Assembly (NCBI GenBank): GCA_964016885.1
Contig: OZ024741.1
Location: 331,080,001-331,144,000, forward strand
Source: Eledone cirrhosa
Taxonomy: Eukaryota
Direction of reading: 5' to 3'
DNA: 64,000 bases
Within the stretch, counting starts at the first letter, position 1. Each line of letters begins with the position of its first letter. Below, piece by piece: positions 1 through 11,964 of this stretch. The notes under the pieces are model-generated. The model saw only the letters and a list, made by a program, of their open reading frames with translations, did no database searches and was not told where the DNA came from. A program made the position numbers and the translations under genes.

Positions 1-799
1 AATTATATTTTTTGTTAATAGTACCCTCATTCGTGGCTTGTGAACATGTCATAAATCATAGATTGAACTTTATATAAGCACCTTTATTAAGTTATGTTCC
101 AAACACCGAGAAAGTTATTTCATTAAATCCCTCCATGTTCTCTGTCACTTCATGTCATGGAAACTGGGATAAACACTGGCCTGATGAACCTCTGGCCTCA
201 AAACAGACCTTATCATATGTACTGAATTCAAATTTTGCTGAGGCCAACTTTGATTTTCACTCCTCAGGAGTCAATAAAATAAAGTACCAATTATGTACTG
301 GTTCAATTTAATTGACTAACCCCTTCCCCAAATTTCAGGCCTTGTGCATATGTAAGAAATCATTATTGTTTATGTTCTCCTCCTCCCCTTTCCTGCTGTT
401 ATGTGTTGATCAGGTCTGGAAGAAATTACTTTATGTATCTCTATCACATCATTGTCTCACTCTTCCTCAACACATGACCCATCCATCTCATTCCATTTTT
501 CTTCACAGCATCTATCACTGCAACAAATTACTTTATGTATCTCTATCCTCTGTCATCTTGTCTTCCCTCTTTGTTTTATTTGTTTTGAATTCTTTAACTA
601 CAAACATTCAAACATTTGTCATATTTTTATTTATCATTACATAACTACATCATCATAACTGGTTCTATTCCGTTCAGTTTTCTCATCCAGTAATTTTCAT
701 CCTTCCTCAACACATGACCCAACCATCTCACTCCATTTCTCTTCACAACGTTCATCACTGGCGCTATTCTCTTCCAACAGATAACCTATTTTCAGCCAG

Positions 800-1405
800 T
801 TGATTGACTTAGTGGCTTTGCTGCTTGACTCAGAATCATAAGGTCCTGGGTTTGATTCCTGGACTGGGCAGTACATGATGTTCATTAGAAAGATGCTACA
901 TTTCATGTTGCTTTTCATGATAGGTATGGGGCTTCTATCATTAAAACACTGAAGAGCCCTCCTATAAGATACAAACCAGCTAAACCTACATAGGTATGAG
1001 CTGTAACAACAACATGACAGGATTGTGGTCCCTATCATTAAAACACCCAAGAAATTTCCTATGAGATGAGACCTTGAGGCCAGCTAAACTTACATAGATG
1101 TGAGCTATAACAACAGCAACATGATAGGAATGTAACACCCATTATTGAAACACACAAGAAACCTTCTATGAGATGTAACCTTGTAGGAGGCCAGCTAAAC
1201 CTGCATGATATGTCTGAGGCCTCTATCATTAAACCACTCAAGACATTTCCTATGAGATGAGACCTAGAGGCCAGCTAAATTTAAATAAGTGTGAGCTGTA
1301 ACAACAACACTGAGACCCCTATCATTAAAACACCCAAGAAATCTCCTATGGGATGAAACCTTGAGGCCAGCTAAACTTACATAGTTCTGAGCTGTAACAA
1401 CAACG
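800..1405 (+). repeat. tRNA-SINE-like head followed by about 5 tandem units of 85-108 bp
   Basis: A/B-box-like head (gacttagtgg, gggtttgattcc), then repeating ctatcattaaaacac...gccagctaaac...gagctgtaacaacaac. Confidence 0.75.
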
Positions 1406-1789
1406 TTATTTTCAGTAATGAGTCACAACTATATATTACAGGGAATTGTTGATGTGTTATTGGTTGATAGTATTGTATTTATTGTTGTTGTTTTTTTGAT
1501 TACCTACAGGTGTTGAAACTGAAGATAATAGTGATAGTGATTACATAGATTTTATTGATTTAGAAATTATCAATTAGTTAATTCATGTTAGCAGAGGGTG
1601 TGTGGGATGGGTGGGAAACTGCTTGATATTCATTAATCTTGGGGTTATGTTGGTTGAGATCGTGACTGTATAGATATGGTGTAATGTACTGATTGTCTTA
1701 TCTCTAGTTAGTTGATAATTTGGAGGGTTAACATTCATGCTATGGTGTTTCTCTTCTCACCAAATAGTTGTGGTGGCTGTTTGGTAAAC

Positions 1790-1993
1790 CTAGTTGCCAC
1801 AGCTCCTCTGTGTAGGTTTAGCTGGTCTTGGAGGTTTCTTGGGTCCTATCATGTTGATGTTATTACAGCTTGTACCTATGTAGGTTTGGCTGACCTCCTT
1901 TAAGGTTGCATCTCATAAGAGGTTTCTTGGGTGCTTTAAGGATAGGAACCTTATGATCATGAGTCCAACATCCTAACAACTAAGCCACATGTC
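1790..1993 (-). repeat. Inverted copy of the SINE-head plus tandem-unit family
   Basis: Reverse complement of the unit (gtaggtttagctgg, ggtttcttgggtg) and of the head (actaagccacatgtc). Confidence 0.7.
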
Positions 1994-2094
1994 ATCACAA
2001 TAGAATGTGTGATAATATTTGACCTATAAAAACATCTGTAGAGCAGAGGAAGTAGTAGTAGATGTTGTTATTTAGTAGTGAGGGATTTACTGAG

Positions 2095-2245
2095 ATTAAT
2101 TATTTCATTACTAAGATAGTAACTTAACATAGTGTTCTTATATAAAATTATTTCATTAGTAAGATAGTAACTTAACATGATTTTTATATAAAATTAATTA
2201 TTTCATTACTAAGCTAGTAACTTAACATAGAGTTCTTATATAAGA
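2095..2245. repeat. Three tandem copies of about 50 bp, related to the MITE body at 24490-24550
   Basis: attatttcatta(c/g)taagatagtaacttaacat...tatataa repeated three times. Confidence 0.7.
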
Positions 2246-2289
2246 TTAAGTTGGAAGATTTTAAATTTAAATGTTTCACTTGCAGTGAG

Positions 2290-3240
2290 TGTTCCAGTTG
2301 ATTTGATCAATGAAACAACCTGCTTATGAATTAAAAATGGAAGTGGCTGAGAATTCTGCAGACATGTGCACCCTTAATGTACTTCTCAGGGAGATTCAGC
2401 ATGGCACATTGTGCGACAAAGCTGGCCCTTTGAACTACTGGTCTTTTTCATCATCATCATCATCATCATCTTCTTTAACATCTTTACTTGTCACAAGCAT
2501 TGGACGTTTTGGTAGTCTCTTTCGAAGATTCTCTCCAGAGTGTTTGTTCCAGGAATAGGTTTTGGTTCAGATTCCAGGCTTTCAAATCATCCCTGATTAC
2601 CTCTTCCCAGGTCTTATGTGGGCACCCCTTCCCTGTCTACTAGGGGCCACAATCGAGGTACATCTCATAATTTCCAGCTGACTGAACTGGAGCAATGTGA
2701 AATAAAGTGTCTTGTTCAAAGACATAATGCTACCCCTCCAGCAACCTTATGATCATGAGGCAAACATCTCTGACCTCTAAACCACACATACCACATTTTA
2801 ATAAATAGTTCTACTTATTGAACCAGTTTTGTTTTGAAAAGGGCTGAGAAATTTGCAAATACATGCCTCCTTACATGGTACAGTGTGTGATAAGTCTGGT
2901 CCTTTGAACAGCAATTGGAAAAAAACCAATGGAAACAGTGTTTCCTTGGTCTGATTTGACCAGTTCCACCCACTCGGTATGTGAATGATGTCTGGGGATC
3001 TTGTTGATTGATTCAATTGCTCAATTTGAACTACTGGAACAACTCATTCTCTTTCTCAAGAACAACACGTCACCTTAGGAATTGAACTCATGATCACTAA
3101 ACCACACACTATCACACTTCAGTAAATAGTTCTACCACTTATTGGACAAGCTTTGTTTTAAAAGTGGCTGAGAATTCTGCAAACATATGCACCCTTAACA
3201 TAGTTCTAAGGGAGATTCAGTGTGGCAGTGTGTGTGAATC
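2290..3240 (+). mobile_element. Cluster of SINE central-domain fragments, with a minus-strand RTE 3' end at about 2449-2640
   Basis: Recurrent gtggctgagaattctgca...gggagattcagc...ggccctttgaac at 2340, 2840 and 3163. Reverse copies at 6590-7090. (CAT)n tail at 2448-2470. Confidence 0.6.
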
Positions 3241-3429
3241 ACAGTTACAACTCATAATTTCCAGTTGAGTTGACTGGAAATATAGTGTTTTGCTCAAGGA
3301 CACAAAGTACCTCTATTAAACTCATACTCGTATGATTGTGAGCCAAACACCCCTTACCACTTACATACTTTTTTTCACACTTTAGTGTTAATTTTTATTT
3401 ACTGGTCAAGCTTTATTTATTTATTTCAG

Positions 3430-3632
3430 CCGAACCTGTTATATTTGTTACAACACTGACATTCAGGGCCAGAATGGTTGGTTGAAACCATGTCGTTGCA
3501 GTGGATCAACGAAATGGGTTCATAATACTTGTCTTCAGCGTTGGATTGATGGTCAGCAACTAGAGGATTTGTCAACCAAAGTCCGTTGTCCACAATGTAA
3601 TACTGAGTTTACCATTGTCTATCCAAGTCCAG
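3430..3632 (+). CDS. MARCH5: MARCH5 RING-CH exon (RTCYICYNTD...PCRCSGSTKWVHNTCLQRWID...CPQCNTEFTIVYPSP-G)
   Basis: Acceptor ttatttcag and donor G|gtaag. C4HC3 RING-CH motif with the MARCH5-type PCRCxGSTKWVH..CLQRW.D and CPQCN.E. 203 nt, phase 2 in and phase 1 out, joins the 13437 exon in frame. Confidence 0.88.
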
Positions 3633-3781
3633 GTAAGAACAGTCTTTCATCATCTATTATCATTATTACTGTTGTTACTGTTGTCCACAGTGTAATACTG
3701 AGTTTACCATTGGATAAAGTCCAGGTAAGAACAGTTTTTCATATATTATCATTATTACTGATGTTGTGGTTGATGTTGTTA

Positions 3782-4100
3782 GGCTGGTGGATTGGCAGTA
3801 ATCGATAGAGCATTGGACAACATGCTTTGCGGCATATAGTTACAACCCTTTATGTTCTGAGTTCAAATCCCACCCAGGTTAGATTTGCCTTTTATCTTAA
3901 CGGGCTTGATAAAATAAAGTATCAGTAACACACTGGAGTCGATTTATTCAACTTTCCTCTCCCCCAAAATTGATGGCTTTGTGCCTAAATCAGAAACCAT
4001 TATTACTGTTGTTAGGCTGGTGGATTGAAAATATCAGAACAACAGACAACATGCTTTGCAGCATATAGTTATGGCCCTTTACATTCTGAGTTCAAAATGC
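3782..4100 (+). mobile_element. tRNA-derived SINE (long subtype) plus a partial second copy
   Basis: ggtggattggcag head, gagttcaaatcc B-box, gataaaataaagta, 3' agaaaccattatt. Confidence 0.8.
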
Positions 4101-4759
4101 ATCCAGTCCATCTTGTAAGATGGTCATGCTGGTGACACGACGAAAAACCACCCTGTCCACCCTGTAAGGTAGTTGTACATAATTGCACAACTACTCCAAT
4201 TCCCCGCCAACCACCTAGAAACCTGGTTTCAAGCCCTTTACAGACGTAACTATCAAATCCATTAAGGCTCTTTCAGCAACAACAAAAGACATAAATACAA
4301 CTAATAACATTTACACAACACAGAGAAAATTACCCCTATGGCATTCCCATTCTCTGTATACATATACAGACATCATCATCACTGTTTAAAGTCTATTTCT
4401 CATGCTTGCATGGATTAGGCTGTCATGTTATGAGGCTAGACTGGTCAAGTGACCACATCGTGTTTAATTATTCTGTTTCTCGTTTGGTTTTCTAGTATAA
4501 TCCCTTTACAGAGTGGCCTGGATGCTTTTTGTTGTGGCATAGCACAACTGCCTTAGTGTTTGGACTGGGTGCTTTTTGTTGTGGGATAGCATAACCACCT
4601 TATAGGTGAACTGGGTGTGTTTTATCATGTTACTAGTGTTACCTCATTACGATATTATGATAAAAAAAAATGACACATCAATAAAACAATAACACTGATG
4701 TATAAAATAGTACATTACATCCATACCTTAACCCTATGACTATCATGCACAATCAAATG

Positions 4760-5385
4760 CACCTAGTACACTCTGTAAAGTGGTTGGTGTAAGGAAGGGC
4801 TTTCAGTCGTAGATAACTTGCCAAACAAAGAGTAGATAAGACTCCCGTTGTATCAAAGACATGACAACCTTCTTAGTGCTGGTGATTTACACAATAAGTA
4901 CGCCCAATACACTTTGTAGAGTGGTGGATGATAAGAAGGTCATCCAGCTATAGAAGCTTGCCAAACAAAGAATAAAGACATGATTCTTAGTGCTGGTGAT
5001 TTACACAATAAGTGCACCCAGTACACTCTGTAAAGTGGTTGATGATAAGGACATCCAGCTATAGAAGCTTGCCAAACAAAGAGTAGATAAGACTCCAGTT
5101 GTGTCAAAGACTGACAACCTTCTTAGTGCTGGTGCCATGATAAAATGCATGGTACACTCTGCAAAATCCAGGAAAGTATGTAAGCAAGACCCACCCCTTT
5201 CCTTGGCTTGTCTAAGAGATCAGTAGCTCTAATTAAGTACTACTGACTTGGTCTGTATGACCTGTCTAACCCTTGCTAGCAGGGAAAACTGATGATACAT
5301 ACATATATATATAAGACATGGTCACATGGGACAACCCATCTAACCCATGCTAGAGTGGAAGGTGGATGTTAAACAATGATGATGA
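4760..5385 (+). mobile_element. Tandemly triplicated RTE-related SINE segment with RTE-type 3' tails
   Basis: acactctgtaaagtggttg...gaagggcatccagc...agaagcttgccaaacaaag three times. Tails acccatgctag...gatgatgat. Confidence 0.65.
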
Positions 5386-6241
5386 TATATATATTTATAT
5401 AATATACATGTACACACACATTCATATATACATCTACATGTACTCAGATACATTCACAGATACATAGATACATGCATGTATACATGTACACATACATATA
5501 TACATGTGCAGATACATTCACAAACACACATAGATACATAAATGTGTGTGTGTATATGTATGACCTCCATCTGTTGCGAAGATGAGTGATTCAATTGTTT
5601 GAACTACAGAAAATCTGCTTGTGAAATTAACGTGCAAGTGGCTGAGCATTCCACAAGCACTTGCACCTTTCACATAATTCTTCACAATACTCCCTTTACA
5701 GTAAGCTAAACACATCTACATGCACACACACACACACATTCAAACAACCAACCAACAGTTGTAGTAGTGGTAGTAGCAGCAGCAGCAGTAGTAGTAGCAG
5801 CAGCACTAGTAGTAGTAATAATAGTAGTACCACCTCAACCACCACTTTCCTCTCCCTCACCTCCTTCACAGCAGCACTTTCCCTCCTCCTTTCATATCCA
5901 GCCCTATCCTCCCATCTCCATTCGCATGTATCATCAGCAACATTATTTCTCCCCCCCCCCCCCTCTACTCAGCTGTATCAGCAGCAGCAGCGGCAGCCAT
6001 CCTGTGCTAGCTGCATAAATTAACCAACATGTTAGTCAATGCACTCACCTCCTCCTCTCCCGACTCCCACTGTTGCTAACAAGAATATCATCCAGCTTCC
6101 TCAGCTGCTGGTGGGTGTGGTGTAGGGGGTGGTGGCACACACTGACACACACACCACATACTGTGTGACACATAGTCATATGCCTAACACACACACTCTA
6201 ACACTACTACATGCCAGTAGTCAGGGGACCTGTTTGAATGA

Positions 6242-6282
<41 letters not shown>

Positions 6283-7434
6283 ACATAGGCACACATATAA
6301 ACCGAGTATACACACATTGTGTGACACATTGTGTGACACATGCTCATAAGCCTAACACATAACCTGACCTATCACATAAGGCCTACACACACACACACAC
6401 ACACATCCTGACCCATACACACACAAGCCTTACACACACACACAGCTTGACCCATACACATAAGGCACATACACATGCACACAAGGCTTACAGACACACA
6501 CTCATAAAACTTACACACACACACACTCATTGAAACTGGTCCACCTAAGCCTTGTAAGTGAAACTGGGTGGCTAGAAGCTGTGTGAAAAGAAGCATGTCG
6601 GATGGACTGTACCTGTAAATTAAAGGGCCAGCCATGTCACACACTATGTCCAGCTGAATCTCCCTGAGAACTACATTAAGGGTACACGTGTTTGTGGAAA
6701 GCTCAGCCACTTGCTCTATAAGATGGACTATCTGTAATTCAAATGGCTAGCCTTGTCACACAGTCATGCTGAATCTTCCTGAGAACTATGTTAATGGTAC
6801 GTGTTTGTGGAAAGCTCAGCTACTTACGCTATAATTGTTTCTACTTTTGGCACAAGGCCAGCAATTATCCCAGTGCATTACTGGTGCTTTTATTTTATCG
6901 ACCCTGTAAGGATGAAAGGCAAAGTTAACCTCGGTGGGATTGTCTCACAATGTATCACGCTGAATCTCCCTGAGAACTATGTTAATGGTACACATGTTTA
7001 TGGGAAGCTCAGCTACTTACATGTTAATTCCACTAACAGGTTGTTCTGTTGATTGAACAACTGGAACACTCATTATTGGAACCGATGGAGGTTCATTCCA
7101 TCCCATGCTTAGTATTTGTTTCGGCTTTTTACTTTCTGAGTTCAAATCTAGCCGTGGTTAATTTTGCCTTCCATCCTTCTGAGGTCAATAAAATAAAGTA
7201 CTGGAGTTGATTTAATCAACTTAGCCTCTCCCCACTTTCCTGGGTTTGCTGGCGTTGTGCCTCAATTAGAAATCATTATAAATACCAAGGCATTGGATTA
7301 GCAGTGTCGTTAGAGCATCAGACAACAGGCTTTGCAGCATATAGTTATGGCCCTTTATGTCCTGATTTCAAATCCTGCTGTGGTTAGCTTTGTCTTTCAT
7401 TCTTAAGGGGTTGATAAAATAAAGTACCAGTAAT

Positions 7435-8930
7435 TTGATAGACAAGGTCATGAAAGTAACAGAAAGAGTTATAACACATCTGATTAGGGACCGGTTTGCG
7501 ATGCAGTTTGGATTTGCACTAGGTAAAAGCACCACAGATGCCCTCTTCCTTGTGAAGCAGCTACAGGAGAAGTACCTGGCTAAAAGTAAGCCACTCTACC
7601 TGGTGTTTGTTGATCTTGAGAAAGCTTTTGATAGTCACCCGTGCCATTATCTGGTGGGCTCTTAGAAAACTAGGAGAAGAGTGGCTTGTGAAGGCTGTAC
7701 AAGCCATGTATAGGGGAGCAGTCAGCGAACTTAGGATTAATGAATATAGTGAGGAATTTAGTGTGCAGGTTGGCGTCCACCAGGGCTCTGTCCTTAGCCC
7801 TCTCCTGTTTATTATCGTTCTGCAGGCTATAACAGATGACTTTAAGACTGGCTGCCCAATGGGAACCCCTGAATGCAGATGATCTTACACTCGTAGCTGA
7901 ATCTATGGCAGAATTAGAGGAGAAATTCTAAACCTGGAAACATGGGCTAGAAACAAAGGGCCTTAAAGTCAACTTGACAATGACTAAGGTTCTAGTAAGT
8001 AAAAGGGAAAACAGATTTGCGATCCTCTTGTGGAAATGGCCTTGCTCAGTGTGTAGGAAATGCACAAGAGATGTAGTGGGATCTCAGGAAGTTTGGCTAA
8101 GAACATAAGTTTTACATGTAGCCGTTGCACAGGAGCAGTAAGTAGCAAATGGCCACTGGAAACAAGCACTATCAAATTCTGGGAAGGTTTGGTTGAGGCG
8201 GTAGGCAGTTTCTGCTACCTAGGTGACCAAATTAGCAGCAGAGGTGAGTGTTCTGAAAGTACAGTAGCTTGAGGGCGGGATGGAGAAAGTTCACTGCTAG
8301 CTACAAAAGGCTTTTCACTCAAAATGAAAGGCAGATTGTATGACGCATGTATATAAGCAACAATGTGCATGGTAGCGAGGTTTGGGTACTCTGTGCACAG
8401 GACTTATGAAGATTGAATAGAAATGAAGCTTGCATGCTTTGATGGATATGTAATAGTAATATATGTGAACAGCAAGGCATAAACGAACTGAGAGAGAAAC
8501 TAGACATAAGCAGAATCAGATGCAGTGTGCAAGAGAGGAGATTGCGTTAGTATGGACATGTGTTGTGTATGAAGGATGGCAGCTGTATAAAAAAATCCAG
8601 AGTGCTCAAAATTGATGGAAGCTGTGGAGTAGGAAGACCCAGGAAGACTTGAGATAAGGTGATAAAAGCTGACCTTGCATAATTGCACCTCTCAAAGACA
8701 ATGACACAGGACTGAGATCTCTGGTATTATGCAGTAATACAGAAGACCTGCCTTCCCATGAGTACAGGCTGAAGCATACATACAGTATTCACCCCCCCCC
8801 CACACACACACACCTATACACCGCCCATGAGCACAGGCTGAAGCATACATCTGGTATGCACCACCTTCACCTTCATACACGCCCATATACCCACCTCCCC
8901 AATCCCCACACACCCTTTCCAGCAAAGCCC
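7435..8930 (+). mobile_element. Degenerate 5'-truncated RTE-clade LINE (RT and C-terminus)
   Basis: QFGF..GKSTTDA.F...QLQEKY, FVDLEKAFD, GVHQGSVLSPLLF, ADDL-like motif, HKRCSG Cys-rich insert. Frameshifts and stops. Confidence 0.92.
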
Positions 8931-8952
8931 CTAGCCCACACTGCCTAGGTCA

Positions 8953-9336
8953 ATAATCCTTTCATTTCCATATCTTTAATGAAAGACGGCGCCTAGTATT
9001 TTCAATTAATTTTGAAAATAATCAATAATTTGGAGGGATTTAGAAGTATAACTAATTTCTTCCTTTTTAAGCTGGTGTTTAAAACAACTCAACAAAATTT
9101 CCTTACATAAAATACATAAAATTATGATGGTAAGTTTAAATTTAAATATGAACACTTTAACATAAACAGCTTTGTAGCTCATCTTGCATATGAGACTGTT
9201 GCTGTCCCAGGTTGTTGTCGTTCACCTGATTGAGATCAGATATCAGTTTCCAGGGCCAACTGCAAGGAGGTCAACAAATTGGGCTCCGGCTTTGTATCAG
9301 AGACGGCTTCAGATGGTTTGGTATCTAAAAGGTTAA
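8953..9336. mobile_element. Degenerate TTAA-type MITE family (related copies at about 22255-22520 and 24410-24650)
   Basis: Shared body taatgaaagac...ttttcaa...gatggaag and a shared end ggtatc(a/t)aaa(a/g)ggttaa. Confidence 0.5.
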
Positions 9337-9656
9337 ACATTGCTATGAACCAAAAAATAGTGGACTGTAGAGGACGGGTTAAGTAAAAGGGGGGTTAGTA
9401 AAAGTGAAAAGCATTCATTGGTGCTTGTAGATGATGGTTTTTCAAAGGTAAACATGATATATTTCTGTGTGTGTGTGTGTGTGCAGGCACAAAAGGATCT
9501 GAAGGTAACCAATCTATGAAGAGGTTTGATGAATTAAAATGACATGGCCTAGTAGTTAGATTATATGACTCAGGGGTATAAAGTTGTGGGTTCAGTTTCT
9601 TGTGTTTCTTCATTTTATGTTGCTTTTGATGATTGGCTTGGGACCCCTATTATTAA

Positions 9657-9854
9657 CCCTTTAGCATTTAAACTGGCCATATCCGGCTAGCCTCTTTCTG
9701 TTCAAACCAACCATAATCGGCCACTCATACTGATGTTAAGGTATTGTTCTGAAAATAAGTAATATCAAAATCACATTGATTCGATATTATGTGAGGTAAA
9801 GCCCTTACCATGAAAATACAATAGTATATATAGAGTAATATAAATGCTAAAGGG
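9657..9854. mobile_element. piggyBac-like MITE inserted in a SINE-tandem-unit copy
   Basis: TIR ccctttagcattta / taaatgctaaaggg flanked by TTAA at 9653-9656 and 9855-9858. Opposite-orientation copy at 35120-35314. Confidence 0.85.
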
Positions 9855-9946
9855 TTAAAACACCTAAGAAACCTGTGAGATGCAACCTTGTATGAGGCAA
9901 GCTAAACCTGCATAGGTGTGAACTGCGACTTCAATATATATATATA

Positions 9947-10355
9947 TCATCATCATGTCCGCTTTTCTACGCTTGCATGGGTTGGACAGGTCCTTTCCAG
10001 TATTGCATCTCTTCACTTGCCACATTCCTTTGTCATCTCTTTGAGTCTCAGTGATTTGAGGTCACCTCTGCCCAGGTCTTTCTTGGTCCACTACTGCGAC
10101 TTCCTTCCACTGGGATTTCCTGGTTCTTCTTTATCCGGCGTTCATCATTCATATGTTTCATATGTCCATACCAATGCAGTCATCTCTCTTGCACACCACG
10201 TTGGATCCCTCTAAAACCCAGTTTCTCCCTTAGCTTGTCCAAAATCTGCCTTTCTCTCACTTACATTGCACATCCATTAAAACATGGTTGCTTCATCTCT
10301 CTCCAGCCGTGCAACATTGCCCTTCGCACACAGGCGTCATACAGTCGTCCTTTTG
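9947..10355 (-). mobile_element. RTE LINE 3' fragment
   Basis: (CAT)n tail, then reverse complement of the RTE C-terminus and UTR; similar to 12400-12895. Confidence 0.8.
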
Positions 10356-10750
10356 TGTGTGTGTGTGTGGGTATATATATATACATACATACACAGACAC
10401 ACACATACAGAGATAGAGAGAGAGAGTGTGAGAACGAGAGATCACATCATTGGCAGAGAATATTTATTTCTGATATGAATGAAAGCATAGAACATTCACT
10501 CCTCTTCTTTTGTGTTATATGGATTCTAAACAAATTTCTAGAATGCTTATCACAGATCACACTGTTTATGTGACAGACAGACACAAGGCTGTACAGTGAT
10601 TATAATATAGAATTATGATAAGAATAATCCAGTACACATGAATGTGTTGTATATGCCAGCTGTGTGATAGTAGAAAGGGAAGAGGAGGAGGCCAGATGTA
10701 AACACAAGTTATTTAACATAATATAGAACAGTTTTCAGTATTTCTGCAAA

Positions 10751-11250
10751 TACCATATATACTACTCGTATATAAGCCAAGTATTATGTGACAAAAAAGA
10801 AATCGATGGTAAAATGATGGTTGGGGTGGGGTGGCTTATTCAAGGTCAATATTTTGCTGATTTTCACTAACTTTGAAATTCTGCATAAACAAGGTGCTAA
10901 AATATTTTCATTTTGTAGGTGAATATTATACCAGTTTCACTTCTGACATGAAATTCATGTTTCCTAATGCTTTTGATGTTTTAAATGAATATGGTCTTCA
11001 AAATGGTCAGAATTAGTAAAAAATTATACATAATAGTTGTGAAACAAAACTATACTCTAAACGCCACTTAAAACATTTAAATATCAAAATATTAAAACTT
11101 CATAAATATATTCTCCATTTATGAGAATTTCAAAATTGCACCATCTAAACATAATCTGTTGATTACCTGCCTTGTCTTATAAACAGGGTTTGGATTTTTG
11201 TCTATTATATATGCTTTCCAAGATGACTAACTTTACACACATATTTACAA
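10751..11250. mobile_element. Possible old Tc2/pogo-like MITE
   Basis: Left end taccatatatact..cgtatataagcc resembles Tc2-type TIRs; internal ggcttat repeat; right end degenerate. Confidence 0.35.
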
Positions 11251-11259
11251 AAGTGTCAT

Positions 11260-11875
11260 AGCTAGAATAAGAACAGGATGACAAAAGTTTGGAGAGCTAC
11301 TGCCTTTGTTGACAACAAAAGGTTTGTCAAGATGGATGAAAGGCCGACTGTATGCTTGCATGCAAAGTGGATGTTGCATGAAAGAGAAACGTGGGCAGTA
11401 AATGCAGAGAATATGCAGTCAATGGATATGAGATGTTAATATGCATGAATGGCAAAGCATGGATGGGCTGAGAGAAAAATTAGGTTCAAGAGACATCAAA
11501 TGTAGTGTGCAAGAAATAAGATTGTGTTAGTATGGACATGTAATGTGTATGGATGATGATTGTTGAGTGAAGAAGTGACAGAAGTTCCCACTAGATGGAA
11601 GCAAGTAGAGGAATACCAAGGAAAACCTGGGCAGAAGTAGTATGATCGAGTTTCAAAATACTAAACCTCACAGAAGAGAGTATGAAGGAACACAACAAGT
11701 GGAGGGAAGATTCAGTATAGGAAGATCAAGGAAAATTTTGGCAGAAATGTAAGAGCTGATCTCAAAACACTGCAGCTCACAGAGGAGATGAAGGAATGCA
11801 GTAGGTAGGAGGAAGCTGTGCTGAAAAAGACCCGTCTAACTCATCTAGGCATGGAAAAATGGGTGTAAGAGATTG
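11260..11875 (+). mobile_element. Old RTE LINE 3' fragment
   Basis: Collinear with 12350-12880 (ELLPLLT, LHG.ETW, YGHVM regions). Confidence 0.8.
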
Positions 11876-11926
11876 ATTATTATAAGAGCCATTACTAACA
11901 ACTTTAGGAAAGATCCAGCCACTTGT

Positions 11927-11964
<38 letters not shown>

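Noticed and set aside
160-215. CTGATGA at 181 as a hammerhead
   Set aside because: No downstream stem II or GAAA; looks like a SINE 3' tail.
5661-6023. Ser/Gln-rich ORFs
   Set aside because: CAG/TAG trinucleotide tracts with no splice signals or domain recognised.
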